A stretch of DNA of 64,000 bases from Marsupella aquatica. Lineage: Eukaryota; Plantae; Marchantiophyta. Below, piece after piece: positions 26,132 to 38,100 of the stretch. A program made the translations under genes and the position numbers. Position 1 is the stretch's first letter; the number at the start of each line of letters is the position of its first letter. The DNA is taken from contig OZ316897.1 in NCBI GenBank assembly GCA_973895155.1, positions 7,740,470 to 7,804,469 on the forward strand, read 5' to 3'. The notes under the pieces were generated by a model, which made no database searches, had not been told where the DNA came from, and saw only the letters and a program-made list of their open reading frames with translations.

Positions 26132-27859
26132 GTAAGGCAAAGCACACTACAATCAGATCAGCCAGAGTCTTCAGTGCGAAGAGGAACTCGTAAACGTCAA
26201 GCCCGGGAAAGGTATGGAACTTGGCTTCTTTCTGATCAAGTGGATTTGGATGAAGAATCTATTGATGCATTGGTGACAGAAGATGGAGATCCATCATCAT
26301 TTCAAGAGGTCCTAGCTTCTATGGAGAAGCAACAATGGCAGGCGGCGATGCGCATGGAAATGAAATCACTTCACGATAACAAGACTTGGGAACTCACAAG
26401 TCTACCTAGTGACAAGCAGGCTGTTGACAGCAAGTGGGTGTATAGGAAGAAAGATGGACCCACGGAGGATGCTGAGAAGATATTTAAGGCTCGGTTGGTA
26501 GCCAAGGGTTTTACTCAACAAAAAGGTATAGACTACAATGAAGTTTTTTCACCTGTAGCAAAGTATTCAACAATACGTTTGCTATGTGCTCTTGTAGTTT
26601 TATTTGATCTGGTTTTAGATCAAATGGATGTTGTCACAGCATTCTTATATGGATCGTTGGATGAGGTGATTTACATGAGGCAACCAAAGGATTTTGTGCA
26701 AAAGGGCAAGGAAAATTTGGTATGCAGGTTGCTAAAATCCTTATATGGATTAAAGCAGAGCCCAAGGCAGTGGAACAAGCGTTTTGATGAATTTTTGAAA
26801 TCGCTTGGATTCGTGCAAAGCGTGTACGATCCATGTGTTTACATCAGGCGTGTGAACAACACAGGTTTTAAGCTTGTCATCCTTGTACTTTATGTGGATG
26901 ACATGCTCATTGCAGCACAGGATAGGGGCGAAGTTGATAAGCTTAAGGCCCAACTCAGTTCTGAGTTTAAGATGAAGGATTTGGGCATAGCCAAGAGGAT
27001 CCTAGGCATGGAGATTGTCAGGGATGTTAACAAAGCCAAACTTTGGCTGACGCAGAAAAGATATGCAGACAAGGTACTCTCAAAATTCAACATGGCAGAT
27101 GCTAAGGCTGTGAGTGTTCCTTTGGCAAGGCATTTCAATATTTCTGCAGCATTTTGTCCATCGGATGCGACAGAAAAAAGTTTGATGTCCAAAGTTTCTT
27201 ATGAAAGTGCTGTGGGTAGTTTAATGTATCTCATGGTATGCACCCGACCAAACATAGCTTATGCCGTTAGCAAGGTAAGCAGATATATGGCAAATCCAGG
27301 AAAAGTTCATTGGGAAGCAGTGAAATGGATTTTGCGCTACATCAGAGGTTCCACTAAGAAGGGTTTATTATTTGATGCAAGTTCAAACAATATGAAAGTG
27401 CTTCAAGGTTATGTGGATGCAGACTACGCAGGTGATCTGGATAAGAGAAGATCGACAACTGGATATGTATTTACACTTGCTGGTGGATGCATTAGTTGGA
27501 AGTCTACTCTCCAAAAGTGCGTTGCAAAGTCTACTATGGATGCCGAGTATGTAGTGGCAGCAGAAGCAGCATCAGAGACCATTTGGTTGGAAAAGCTTGT
27601 CACGGAGATGGGCTTATCACAAGATTGTGTCTATCTTCATTGTGACAGTCAAAGTGCAATTTACACTGCCAAGAATCAGGTGATGGATGGTAGGGTAAAG
27701 CACATTGATGTCCGCTATCATTTCATCCGACAGGCATTATCGGATGATGAGTTTGAGCTTGTCAAGATTGATGGAAAGCTTAATCCAACGGATGCTTTTA
27801 CCAAAGTATTAGACTCCAATAGTTTTTCAAGGCATTGTAATTATTTACAAATATTGTAA
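26132..27859 (+). pseudogene. Copia pol, reverse transcriptase + RNase H portion
   Basis: KARLVAKGF, QMDVVTAFL, SLYGLKQSPRQW, LYVDDML, GYVDADYAGD and KHIDVRYHFIR. It is in frame with the integrase once the solo LTR is removed. Confidence 0.95.
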
Positions 27860-29229
27860 ATATAGAGTTAACCAAGAAAATGTCTCTATATGAGTACTCC
27901 ATCCGATGGCTTATCGGCTACGACTTAGTTCTAGTTAACCCTTGCATTAGGGGGAGGGTCTTTGGGCCCTACTGTCTTGAACTTCCCGCGGAGGAACTTG
28001 TAAGGAAAAGACAATGTTATGAACCCTCCCAAGACGTGAGTCAAGGGGGAGTTTGTAGAGGTTAACTCAGTCTTGGGTTGAACTATGGTTAGTATGTTAA
28101 TTGGGGTTAGAGTAAACCCTAGTTGAAGAGTTGGTCTTTATCTCTTCAACTTCTATGTGGTGTGAGAACACACAAGAGAGTTCTCAAGAGAGAACACAGT
28201 GATATAGCAAGAGATGAGAGCTTGAAGAGATGAGAGCTATGGTGATGCTTGAGTACACACATAACCGTTAATAAAGCTTTGTATTCCCGTGGACGTAGCC
28301 AACCTTGAGGCGAACCACGTAACTATTGAGCACGTGTATGTTTGGAGTGTTCTTCCTGATCTGATTTCTCCCCACACTTTTAAAGTCTTTCCACAGCCGT
28401 GGCTCTTGGGCAGTGTGCGAACCCTCAACTTGATCACCACTCAGACCAACTTTTGATCATGCCAATGTAGGTTGGCAATAAATGCATACAATAGAATATC
28501 TGATCGTGCCCGTTCTGACCTATCATCTGTTTACAAAGTATCATATAGTTGGAGTAAATCCTGTCATTCACTGAAAAAATGTTTTTTCATCATCATGCAA
28601 TTGGCCAATAACTTGCCACACTTAGCCCATTTGGAAGGCATACAAGAGGCCTCTTCCTCAAAATCAGTAGTCCCTGGGTTGCAATCCTAGTGCTTTCCAT
28701 CATTGCACTATGATGTTACTACAATACTTGTGTGCTGCTTCTACCTCGAACAGCCGATGGCACCCTCTAGCATCCCATTGCTCGGTGATATTGCCATAGC
28801 TGGCGTGGATGAGCCCAGAGTTCTTCTAACAAGAAAGGAAGTGCAAGTGCAAAATACAAAAAGCGGCCCCAGCAGTGCAAAATACAAGATTGCCATTGAC
28901 AAAGATCCACAAAGGCGAGAGGCTCAATAAAGAGGGAGAGAACAAGGGAAATGGTCTGTGAGTCCCACATATTCACATCTTACTTATAAAGCATCAATTA
29001 CAAGCTAGAGTTGGGGCCTAAGCTTCTAGAGTGAGCCTCTAGACCGTAACTCCTGGCTCATCACACAGATGGGACAGCTCATGAGTATGAGGTATGTCAC
29101 TTGATAATCATGCATGCTTTTTGTCAGAATTTCTATTTACATTAAAAAATGTACTCTATGGTCACACAATAACATATGAGCATAGAAAGAGGGATGTGCA
29201 TAGAAAAGAGTATGGTATGTTATGTATGA

Positions 29230-31070
29230 CTAGCCCAATGCCCGTGCGTTGCACAAAAGATGTCGAGTGATAAAAATATGTCAAGGTGATAATAAGATGT
29301 CAAGTGACAAAAAGATGTCGAGCTGATAAAAAGATGTCGAGGTGACAAAGATGTCAAGGTGATAAAAAGATGTTGATGTGAGAAAAAGATGTCAAAAATA
29401 GAAAAAGATATTGAGGTGAGCAAAAGATGTTGAGATGAACAAAAGATGTTCATGAGAGAAAAGATGAGGAGCAGACAAAAACATTTTGCGATAAAAAAAA
29501 CATATGTTTAGGCGAGGCACAAACGTCAAGGTGATAAAAGATTTAGGGTTATATAACTGTTCATATAACCTTAAACCTTAGTGCCTGTGCATTGCACAAA
29601 AGATGTCGGGGTGAGGAAAATATGTCGAGGTGAGGACAAAATATATGCTGAAGGGAGCAAACAATATCAAGGAGAGGGAAAGACGTCAAAGTGACACAAA
29701 GATGTCGAGGCGATGCAAAGAGATATAGGCGAGGGTTGCACAAAAGATTTTGAGGCAAGGAAAAGATGTGAAGGCAAGGTCAAGGTGAGGAAAGTATGTG
29801 GAGTGAGGAAACAATTTTGAGGCGAGGAAAAGATGTCAAGGCGAGGAAAAAATGTCAACTAAGGAGAGACAAAGATGTCAAGGCAACACAAATGAATATG
29901 GGCGAGCTCATTCTCCTTGCATTGCACAAAAATATTGTTGTGCAAAAGATGTCATTGCATAAAAATATTGTTGTGCTAAAGGTCATATACATAAAAGATG
30001 TTGTGGAAACAATATTGTAAACAAAAGAGGTGACGAAGAAAAATTTGCATTATGTAAAAGAAATTGTTGTGTAAAAAATGTTGTTGCATTTAGGGTTTCA
30101 TTGCATATAAATATGTCTTGGTATAAAAGAATTAGTTTTGTATATTAAAAAATTAATTTTAATTTCAATTTTTGGTATGCACAAAAATATTAAACTATTC
30201 CAAGATTATTTTACTTCTCATCTTTTCCCCAAATTTTACTACTTTACTCCATTTATTACACTTTTCCTTTCCTTACTTGTTTTTTTCTATAAACCACCCC
30301 TCCCCCCCTTTTTCCTTGAGGCCAACTTCTTATCCTTATGATACAAAGTGTGGTATCTTTTGGGGAGTGTATTATGAGAAATCAAAAAGTACACTCTAAT
30401 TAGCCCCATCATTGCTGTACTTTCAATTAAGGACGAAAAGCAATATCAAGGCTAATCAATGCTACTTAGCAATGATTAGCCCGTGCGTACGCCCCTGCTG
30501 CCCGCTGTAACCGACGCTTTTATTAGGGTAAATACTATATGCGAACGGCAGTGGTCATCATTGGGTTAGGGACTCGATGGTAGAGCGTCTGAGTGGGAAG
30601 CGATAGGTCGGGGGGTCAAATCCTGGCGAGTCATGATACTTTTAACAATCACCCCACCCAAAAGTGGGGTTCATTCAAACGCTAGTGACACTTAGAAAAA
30701 TAGTGTCACCATTTGCGACAAACACGGGCAGCGGGCAGAGAATGTGGGCAGTCCGGTATGGGAGGCTCTTTATGAGCCTCGAGATTGCTTTTTGTGCTGA
30801 ATTACTTTCAAGTACAATTGCCCACAGGCATAGAGCATTAAATGGTTAAGTGTGCCTTGGAGGTGGTACCTTGGCCTTACGTACCTTTGACAGTGTACTT
30901 TTTGCCTGTGAAATAAAATTGAGGAGAGACAAATGGATGATTTTGGTATATCTGATGGTTATTAAAAATTATCTTTTCAATGGATGATCTAGATTTGTTC
31001 CCGCCTTTTTAGATTTTGGTAAGTAGACGAAACCCAGAAATGAGCGGGATTGAATATTATAATAACTTGA
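29230..31070 (-). mobile_element. Non-autonomous Helitron
   Basis: The minus strand starts TC (31070) and ends GTGCAACGCACGGGCATTGGGCTAG (hairpin + CTAG). It sits between A and T with no TSD. The host sequence tatga|ttattaaaatgat is uninterrupted in the related copy at ~49952. There are internal ~18-20-bp degenerate AAAAGATGTCGAGGTG repeats. Confidence 0.85.
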
Positions 31071-31499
31071 TTATTAAAATGATGACATGCATGATGATTA
31101 TTTAATCATTTCATTAACCATCAAAGAATATGAATAAAGAATATATTTTGGTGTCATTTTTATTATAGTCCCCGCTATAAACGTTCCTAGAACAGGTAGT
31201 TGGGGCTAGTAGGAAGTAAAGCCTAAAGAACTGACAAACCTACAAGCTCACACATAACCAAACATAGAAGGGTAAAATTTGTCTTGAGCCCCTGAGCCTC
31301 AGCAATTGGATGTACTTATTTTTTGCCCAAGAAGAGGTAGAAGTAGTTTGTAAATGAACTTATGAAAGACGGCATTCTGTTCTCCTGACCAAGTACTTTT
31401 TGCCAAAGTGAGTATTGGGATGACAGGACCAAATGTGTTGTCTTATATAGTGTATCATTCCAGTAGTCTATATAGGTCGCAACAATTTATCCAAAGTTA

Positions 31500-31621
31500 A
31501 CATCTTGTCAAACATGTTGGTGGTCTATGACAGCTTCAATTTGGGGAATTTCCTATATCCACATCTTGTCAAACATGTTGGTGGTCTATGACAGCTTCAA
31601 TTTGGGGACCTTCCTATATAC
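31500..31621. repeat. Tandem duplication, 2 x 61 bp
   Basis: acatcttgtcaaacatgttggtggtctatgacagcttcaatttgggga occurs twice. Confidence 0.9.
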
Positions 31622-33648
31622 ACCGCGCAATTTGTCAAAGCATCTTAAGATGGTCTATGAGAGATCCTAAATCCAACTTCAAGTGGCCATTTTCAAAAAA
31701 TGAATGTCTCACAAGTAATATTAGAAACTTCACAATGGAAAACTAATGTCAACCTTGAAAACCTTCACCCCTGGTAAGGGGCTTGAAGAAAATTCATGTT
31801 TTCAAAAAGTGGCTCTCTCACAATCACTCTCATAGTCTCCATCATTGGATTTTTGTTTTCATGATCACAGTAATTTATTTCAATTATCATGTCAAGTTTT
31901 TGAATTCCGATATTTGCCTGTGTGGTTGGAGAGTCAATTATCTTAGCTAGTTTTTGAATTTGGGTATTTGTCTGTGTGTGGAACTGTTACCCTTCTAGAG
32001 CCTCACTAACTTGGGAACTTAATTTCCATTGACACTTTTTTAATCTACAGAACGTTCCTTATGAAAACCCATATCTTAAGGTAAGAAAATCTATTTTTTT
32101 GGTTAATAACACTCATTTTCCACACTCTTCTTTGCAGCTATCAGATCCTAATCAGTAGCTATCAACACTAATCAGGGTCAAGTGATCCCTAATAGATGCT
32201 TTAGCCTTCAAGATTATAGAGCTCTCCGCACCTCCAAATGCTCTACTGTTGGATGTGAAATAAACTTTCCAAAATTGATCCCACACAAGAGTAAATGTGG
32301 CGGAGCTCTCAAATCCCTAATAAATACTCTAGCCCTCCATTACTAGAGAGCTTTCACCTCTAGATGCTCTATAATAATATGTTGGACAAAACATTTAAAC
32401 CACCACTCGGGGTATAAAGCCCCCCTCCAGCCTGCCCGTGCGTACGGACCACTCTGCCCAAGTCGGGCACAGTGCAGGGCGCCCCAGCCTCGCCCGTTGC
32501 TCACAGGGCCATTGCAGCGCCCCCGGCCTCCATGCAGCGCCCCTCCCAGCCCTAGCACTGCTGCTGTTACGAGCCCCTGTGCTACGAGCCCCTGTGTTAC
32601 AGTGCTACTGTGAGCTGCTGGTCCGAGCCACTGCTGCAAGGAGGCAAGACCTGCTGCTGCCATAGCCAGCTGCGAGCTCCCAACCGATGCTGCTCATCCC
32701 GCTCGCCTCCGGCTCAACTTGCTTGCCACCTGCTTGCCTGATTGTCAACTTGCTGCTACCGTTTCAAGCTCCCAAGATTTTGTGGCTGCCATAGCCAGCT
32801 GCCCCTCGCCTGCTCCTCGACTTGCTTGAAGCCTCGCTGCTCGACCTCCTCGCTTGCTGCTCGACCTCCTCGCTTGTTGCTCACCTGATTCTCGACTAGC
32901 TGCCACCGCTTTGAGCTCTCAAGACTTCATGGCTGCCATAGCCAGCTGCTTGCCTGCTGCTCAACTCGCTGCCAACCGAGCTACTTGCCTGCTGTTGAAC
33001 TTGCTCGCCTGCTGCTCCTCCCACTCCTTGGCTACTGCTCGACTCGCTGCCATAGCATGGGGAAACAAAGCAGCTCGCCTTGCTGCCAATCTTGGCATAC
33101 TTTGTGACTGCCATAGCTTTGATCCTGTTTGCTCATCGTTTTCTTACTTCATTTTGTCTCGATTTCATTTCAGCTCAATTTGTGGGCAGAAGTGCTGTTG
33201 TTTCTTGCCCTTCTGCTTGCCCGGAAGATGCAGAGCCTGTGCTGCCATTTGTGAGCATTGCTTGTGTTCATTCCGGGGTTCATTTGATTCTACTGTGGCC
33301 TGGGTGGAGTTCCTGGTGCAATACTCTACTCGGATTTTGGCTGGAGTTGAGGCTGCGATTGATCCTAATCAATTTTTGCTCAGGTTTGTGCTTCATTTCT
33401 TTTGCTATTGCTGCCATTTTTGTTCATAGAATTTCAGCAGCAAGTTGCTGCAATTTCAGTTTCTCATATGTCTATGTTGCGCTCTCTGTTGTGAGGATTT
33501 CAGTTGTTGCAAGTGCTGTGAGAGTTTTCGGTGTTGATCCTGCTATTTTTGCCGTGACAACAGGGTGTCATTTTCAATTTACATTCTTTGCTAATGTTGG
33601 GCAAGAGCAGCAAGTGACATTGAATGTGATTGTTCTTGTGTCAGGAAG

Positions 33649-34047
33649 ATGGCACCGACTAGAAAATTGAGAGCCATGTTGACTGAAAATGGCAATGGGA
33701 TCTACAATTTGACCTGGCAGGATCCTAGTGATGTTGAGGGCACTCCACCCACTGTCCGGACTGTCACTCTGCAAGAGGTCCTTGCTGATTTTCCAGATTT
33801 TTGTACCGCAATTACAGAGTGTCACAGTGATCTCAACCCTGTAGTCCCAATTGAACAGTTGATCATGTGCGCTGCATATAGTTATGTTGAAACTGTCATG
33901 AGAAGGAAGAGATACCAAGTCTACACTCACTTGGCCTACGTAGCAGGGTATGCCGAGAGAACTAAGTTTCCTGAACCTGTTGAAGCTTCTGTGAAAGCAA
34001 CTTGGCATGATGAAGGAGAGGAATTCGTAGGATTCCTTGCTAATTAG
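33649..34047 (+). CDS. KolX-like accessory protein (P2X7 C-terminal ballast/nanor-like motif), 132 aa, convergent with the transposase
   Basis: The C-terminus RRKRYQVYTHLAYVAGYAERTKFPEPVEASVKATWHDEGEEFVGF fits the RYxxY...GxxxRxxxPxxVxxx(I/V)xxx(F/W)x(D/E)xxxx(Y/F)xGF pattern of KolX/P2RX7-C domains. A splice-acceptor-like gtgtcag lies just upstream of the ATG (~33644). Confidence 0.65.
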   Translation: MAPTRKLRAMLTENGNGIYNLTWQDPSDVEGTPPTVRTVTLQEVLADFPDFCTAITECHSDLNPVVPIEQLIMCAAYSYVETVMRRKRYQVYTHLAYVAGYAERTKFPEPVEASVKATWHDEGEEFVGFLAN

Positions 34048-35104
34048 GGATAGAGTGGCTTCTACCATACTTCATGTTTTTCTTTCAATGTTTGATATGA
34101 CTAATAAAGTTTTTTGCAGAATACAACTCCTGCTGGTTGGCGGCATAAGGGGTTCAATTCCCCTTGGGAGTACATGTTACATCAACACAATAACAAATTT
34201 GCATGAGAAATACTTTGTTCTATCTTACTTACATTCTCCCTAGCTTGTATATTATCTTCATTTCTTCTTTCCCAAATGTCGCATTTCTCAAAAGTTGGTA
34301 GTATATCGTACAACACAAGAAAGGTCCTCCTCCAGTCTATTGTGCATGTCGACCAAACTACTTTTCTCACCAAACACTAAGTGTTTCATGTTCAAACTGC
34401 AAGATTTCCTTGTAGTGATGGGTCATTGGGGTCGGCACCCTGAAAATTTGCCTCATTGTAGTCTCTAAAATGGCACTCTATAGTCTATGAAATGACACCC
34501 ATAAAATTTTGCTCATTTCTCTAAAATGACACTCTGAAATATGAAATATTGTTCCACCACAATAAACACTTCACATTTGTTTGACCACAACAAGAACTTC
34601 ATAGTTACAAGATCAGTCACAAAATAACACCAAAAAGACAAAATAAAAATTTCCAATGTTCATAGCTCTCATATGAGAGTCAAAAGCTCCATCCATAGCT
34701 CTTGCCTTCAGTCCCAACACTACTGGTGCGAGGTCATCATTTTTCTAGTCAGGTCTCGGCCCTCCTCAAGAGAATCACCCCTACAACAATGACAACCATT
34801 TTAGAGGTAGTTACACAATGACAACCATTTTACAGCCATTGAAATGATATCTATTTCAATGAACTAATTTTATTATTTGTCTATACTCACATGAAGTATG
34901 TTAGCCGAGGTCTTTTATGGAGGGTTGGCACCACTCCATAAGTACACTGACAACTATGTTCACCATGTCTCAACCCTCCTGCATAAATCTCCCACAAAAT
35001 TGTACATTATAATATTAATAATTGTCATCAACATCGATCTAGCAATATGCTTACATTGCCACTTGTAAAAGACAATTAGCTCATCACATTACTTTACCTT
35101 GGTT

Positions 35105-38100
35105 CTAAGATGGAGGTGGAACTCCATAAATACGCTCACTCGTTCGGTCCTTCCAATTAGTGGTCCGGTCCACCAACACTCGAGTTCGACCAGGACGCTC
35201 TCTAATAGCAGTATTCACGGGCGTGCGATGGTAGACCTTCCATACATGTCGGCGGATATTCTCATTCCAATCAAGGGCAGCACAACACAAGCGAGCCTCA
35301 TGAGTAGCCGAGAAATGAATACGCTTGATGGCATACTTGCCCATCACAGAGTGATAGGTCTCTGACATGAAGTTCTCCCGAGCCATCGTATAAAACCTCA
35401 TCTTGGAAGGAGTAATATACTTCTTCATGAACTTTTGCATGGCCAAGTGAGTCTCGCCACCTACATGCACAAAACCCACTGACATTGTGAATAATGGGAC
35501 CCAACAATAACACCCAAATGATATCAGGACAACTATAGTAAGTCACATTCATTTGTACCTCGCTCATAATAACGGTCAACCTGGATGGCTCCAGGGTCTC
35601 CAAGATGCTGACAAGGTCTATCCGATAGTCTTGCACATAATGCATGATCGCCAGCCCAATGATCGGCACAATTTCCCAACTCAAAGGCCAACGACTCTGC
35701 ATCTCCCCCACTGCCAAACAAAGAAATACTCAAAACTCTATTATAAATGCTACTACACTTCAACCCATATGACAACAATTACACATAAAATGCAAAATTC
35801 AAGAAGTCACACCATGCATAAAAAGTTCACATACCTGGTCCTACAGCGTCGACAACATACATAGAACCATGTCTTCAATTTTGTGGCCAAGTTATGCTGA
35901 GATAACTCTGGATACTTTTGACCGCGAGTCTGAATGTGTGCTAGCTCCTCATCAGGTAACCCACGCATGTCAGCAACTTTGTGGACCAGTCCCTCCTTCC
36001 TAAGGGTGGAGTACCCTCTCACTCCCTGTGCTTTCAACCAATCTTGCAACTTTTTAGCAGTAACCGCTTGGAGCTGAGAACGAGATGTGGCAGTATCGAT
36101 GTCAATAGTAATAGTGTATGTGACGCTCACCATCTTCTCCACAAACTTTTTGACCAGGTTCTTAGCCTTATGCCATAGGTCTTTATGGTTCCTAATCCCC
36201 ATATCCTCCACAATATTATCAATAGTGGCTTTATCATCATGGATAACCTCTGTGATAGATATCCCTGCCTCTCTCAAACTATCCAATGCCTTTTTGGTAC
36301 CCCTGTCCTCCATGTACCAGGCATTTCTCTCCTCTCGCCGAGTAATTGTGACCATCTCAATTACTCTATTATCTTCAGTGTTGAGGATAGAGGTGGTACC
36401 GTCAAACCACACACAAGTACTAAGAATAAAATTTTAGGAGAAATTGCATCATGATACTAGAAATTTATGACTGGTCTTCTAGGGGAACTAACTTACTAAC
36501 CTGTCTCAGTCGTCCGTCGATGCTGAAGCTGGTCCTTCAGCTGCTCCCATAGATGATTTTTGTCTTCCTTCCACTCTTGCTTCACAGCTGCTATCCATCC
36601 ACCTTGGGGTCGCCCACGACCACTCTGAAAATCATGCCAATGACCCGCAGTAGGGACATGTAATCCTAGGTGCGAGGTAACAGAAGCCAAGGATGTGTAG
36701 GTCAATCCGGAGCAAAGGGTAGAATGATATAACTTGGGAGTAATCATGGGGGAACTCCTCCCTGGCTCATTGTCACCTGTAACAAAGGTCCAACCATGTC
36801 CATCCACACCACAACCAATGCAAATTGACCATAACTGATGCAACTCCCTAACACGCTCAACTATCGGAGTCCTCAAACATCCCTGTACATGACATCGAGG
36901 GAGTAGCCGATCAACAAACGTAACCAGTAAATGGCGATCAAAAAACCCTACTGTAGCTGGCCGACGGGGTGGTGCTCTATGAGTCGGCTGAGAGTCCGGA
37001 ACTGGAGTGGGCTGAGAGTCCAGAACTGGAGCCGGCTGAGAGTCCGGAACTGGAGTGGGCTGAGAGTCCGAAACTGGAGCCGAGTGAGATTCCGGAACGG
37101 GAGATGGCTGAATGTCTGGAATTGGAGATGCCTCCTGATATAATAAATCCACAATCTTATGTCAATAATTATTTTTGATTTTTCTACAAAGTTTTTGAAA
37201 AGGTGACGGTCATGAAAGATCTCATACCTGAAAGGTATCCCCATCCACAATGTCCAAGGCCCCTAGAGCTGCAAGAGCAACTGGGTCATCATCTTGATAA
37301 AGAGCGTCATCCTCCGCATCTGAGGCATATTGCTCCGCAATATGTTCCTCCAAGACCTCATCCTCTACTCTATCTGAATCCCCTGCCTCATGTTGGGCAG
37401 TCTGCAAATAGTACAAAGGTGAAGTTTAGCAATGAATAGAACCCTAAAAGGTTACTAAACCCTAAAGTTGTAAAGTACCAAATTATGAGCAACACCCATA
37501 TGTTTGAGTTGTGAAAAATATTGTAGTAATAATATGACTGTGGTAACCCTAAAACATATGAAATTTTTTTATTCATGTGTTGGGGTTTCTTACAACAAAA
37601 CAAACCCTAACTTTGGCAAACCCTAAACTGTTGGTATTTATTAGTAATGACATATTTTCATGGATGTGAGTTAGGTGAGTATATAGGGGCTCGTTACAAA
37701 ACATAATTATAACTTAGCAAAACTATGCTCAATTGTCATAATCCAACCCTAAACCATAAAATGGTGAAATTGAAGGAAGGGGACTGTTGGCCGAAATAAA
37801 ATAGGAACACATGGATACATATATGAATGACACCATAAAAGAGACAATTGTACCTGAAGTGGTGGGCGTGAAGGCTGGCCACGGTCATGCTCAGCTGCGG
37901 CTGGAGGTGCTTCGTCCCCGGGTTCGTCCCCCATCAATTGAGTGGCCTCCGCTATACGCCATGCACGGAGTTCCTCAACCCCAGGTCGTGAGTGATCTAG
38001 TAACCATGTGACCACAGTAGAATGCGTGGTATCTGGTCCAAGCAAAGCTCTAAGGTCCTCCCACTCATCCCACCGCTCAAGTGGGACCCGGATTTCTGGC

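Larger units (their letters stand above)
22341..28376 (+). mobile_element. Ty1/Copia LTR retrotransposon, gag-deleted, with nested insertions; TSD CTTTT
   Basis: 5' LTR 22341-22968 (323 bp once the MITE and one TSD are removed) and 3' LTR 28054-28376, both TG...CA. tRNA-Met PBS TGGTATCAGAGC at 22971-22982 and PPT AAGGGGGAG at 28043-28051. TSD at 22336-22340 and 28377-28381. The pol order IN-RT-RH is that of Copia. Confidence 0.97.

Noticed and set aside
32854-33670. 191-aa and 196-aa plus-strand ORFs as genes
   Set aside because: They are low-complexity translations of GCT/CT-rich repeats and intron-like sequence, with non-ATG starts.
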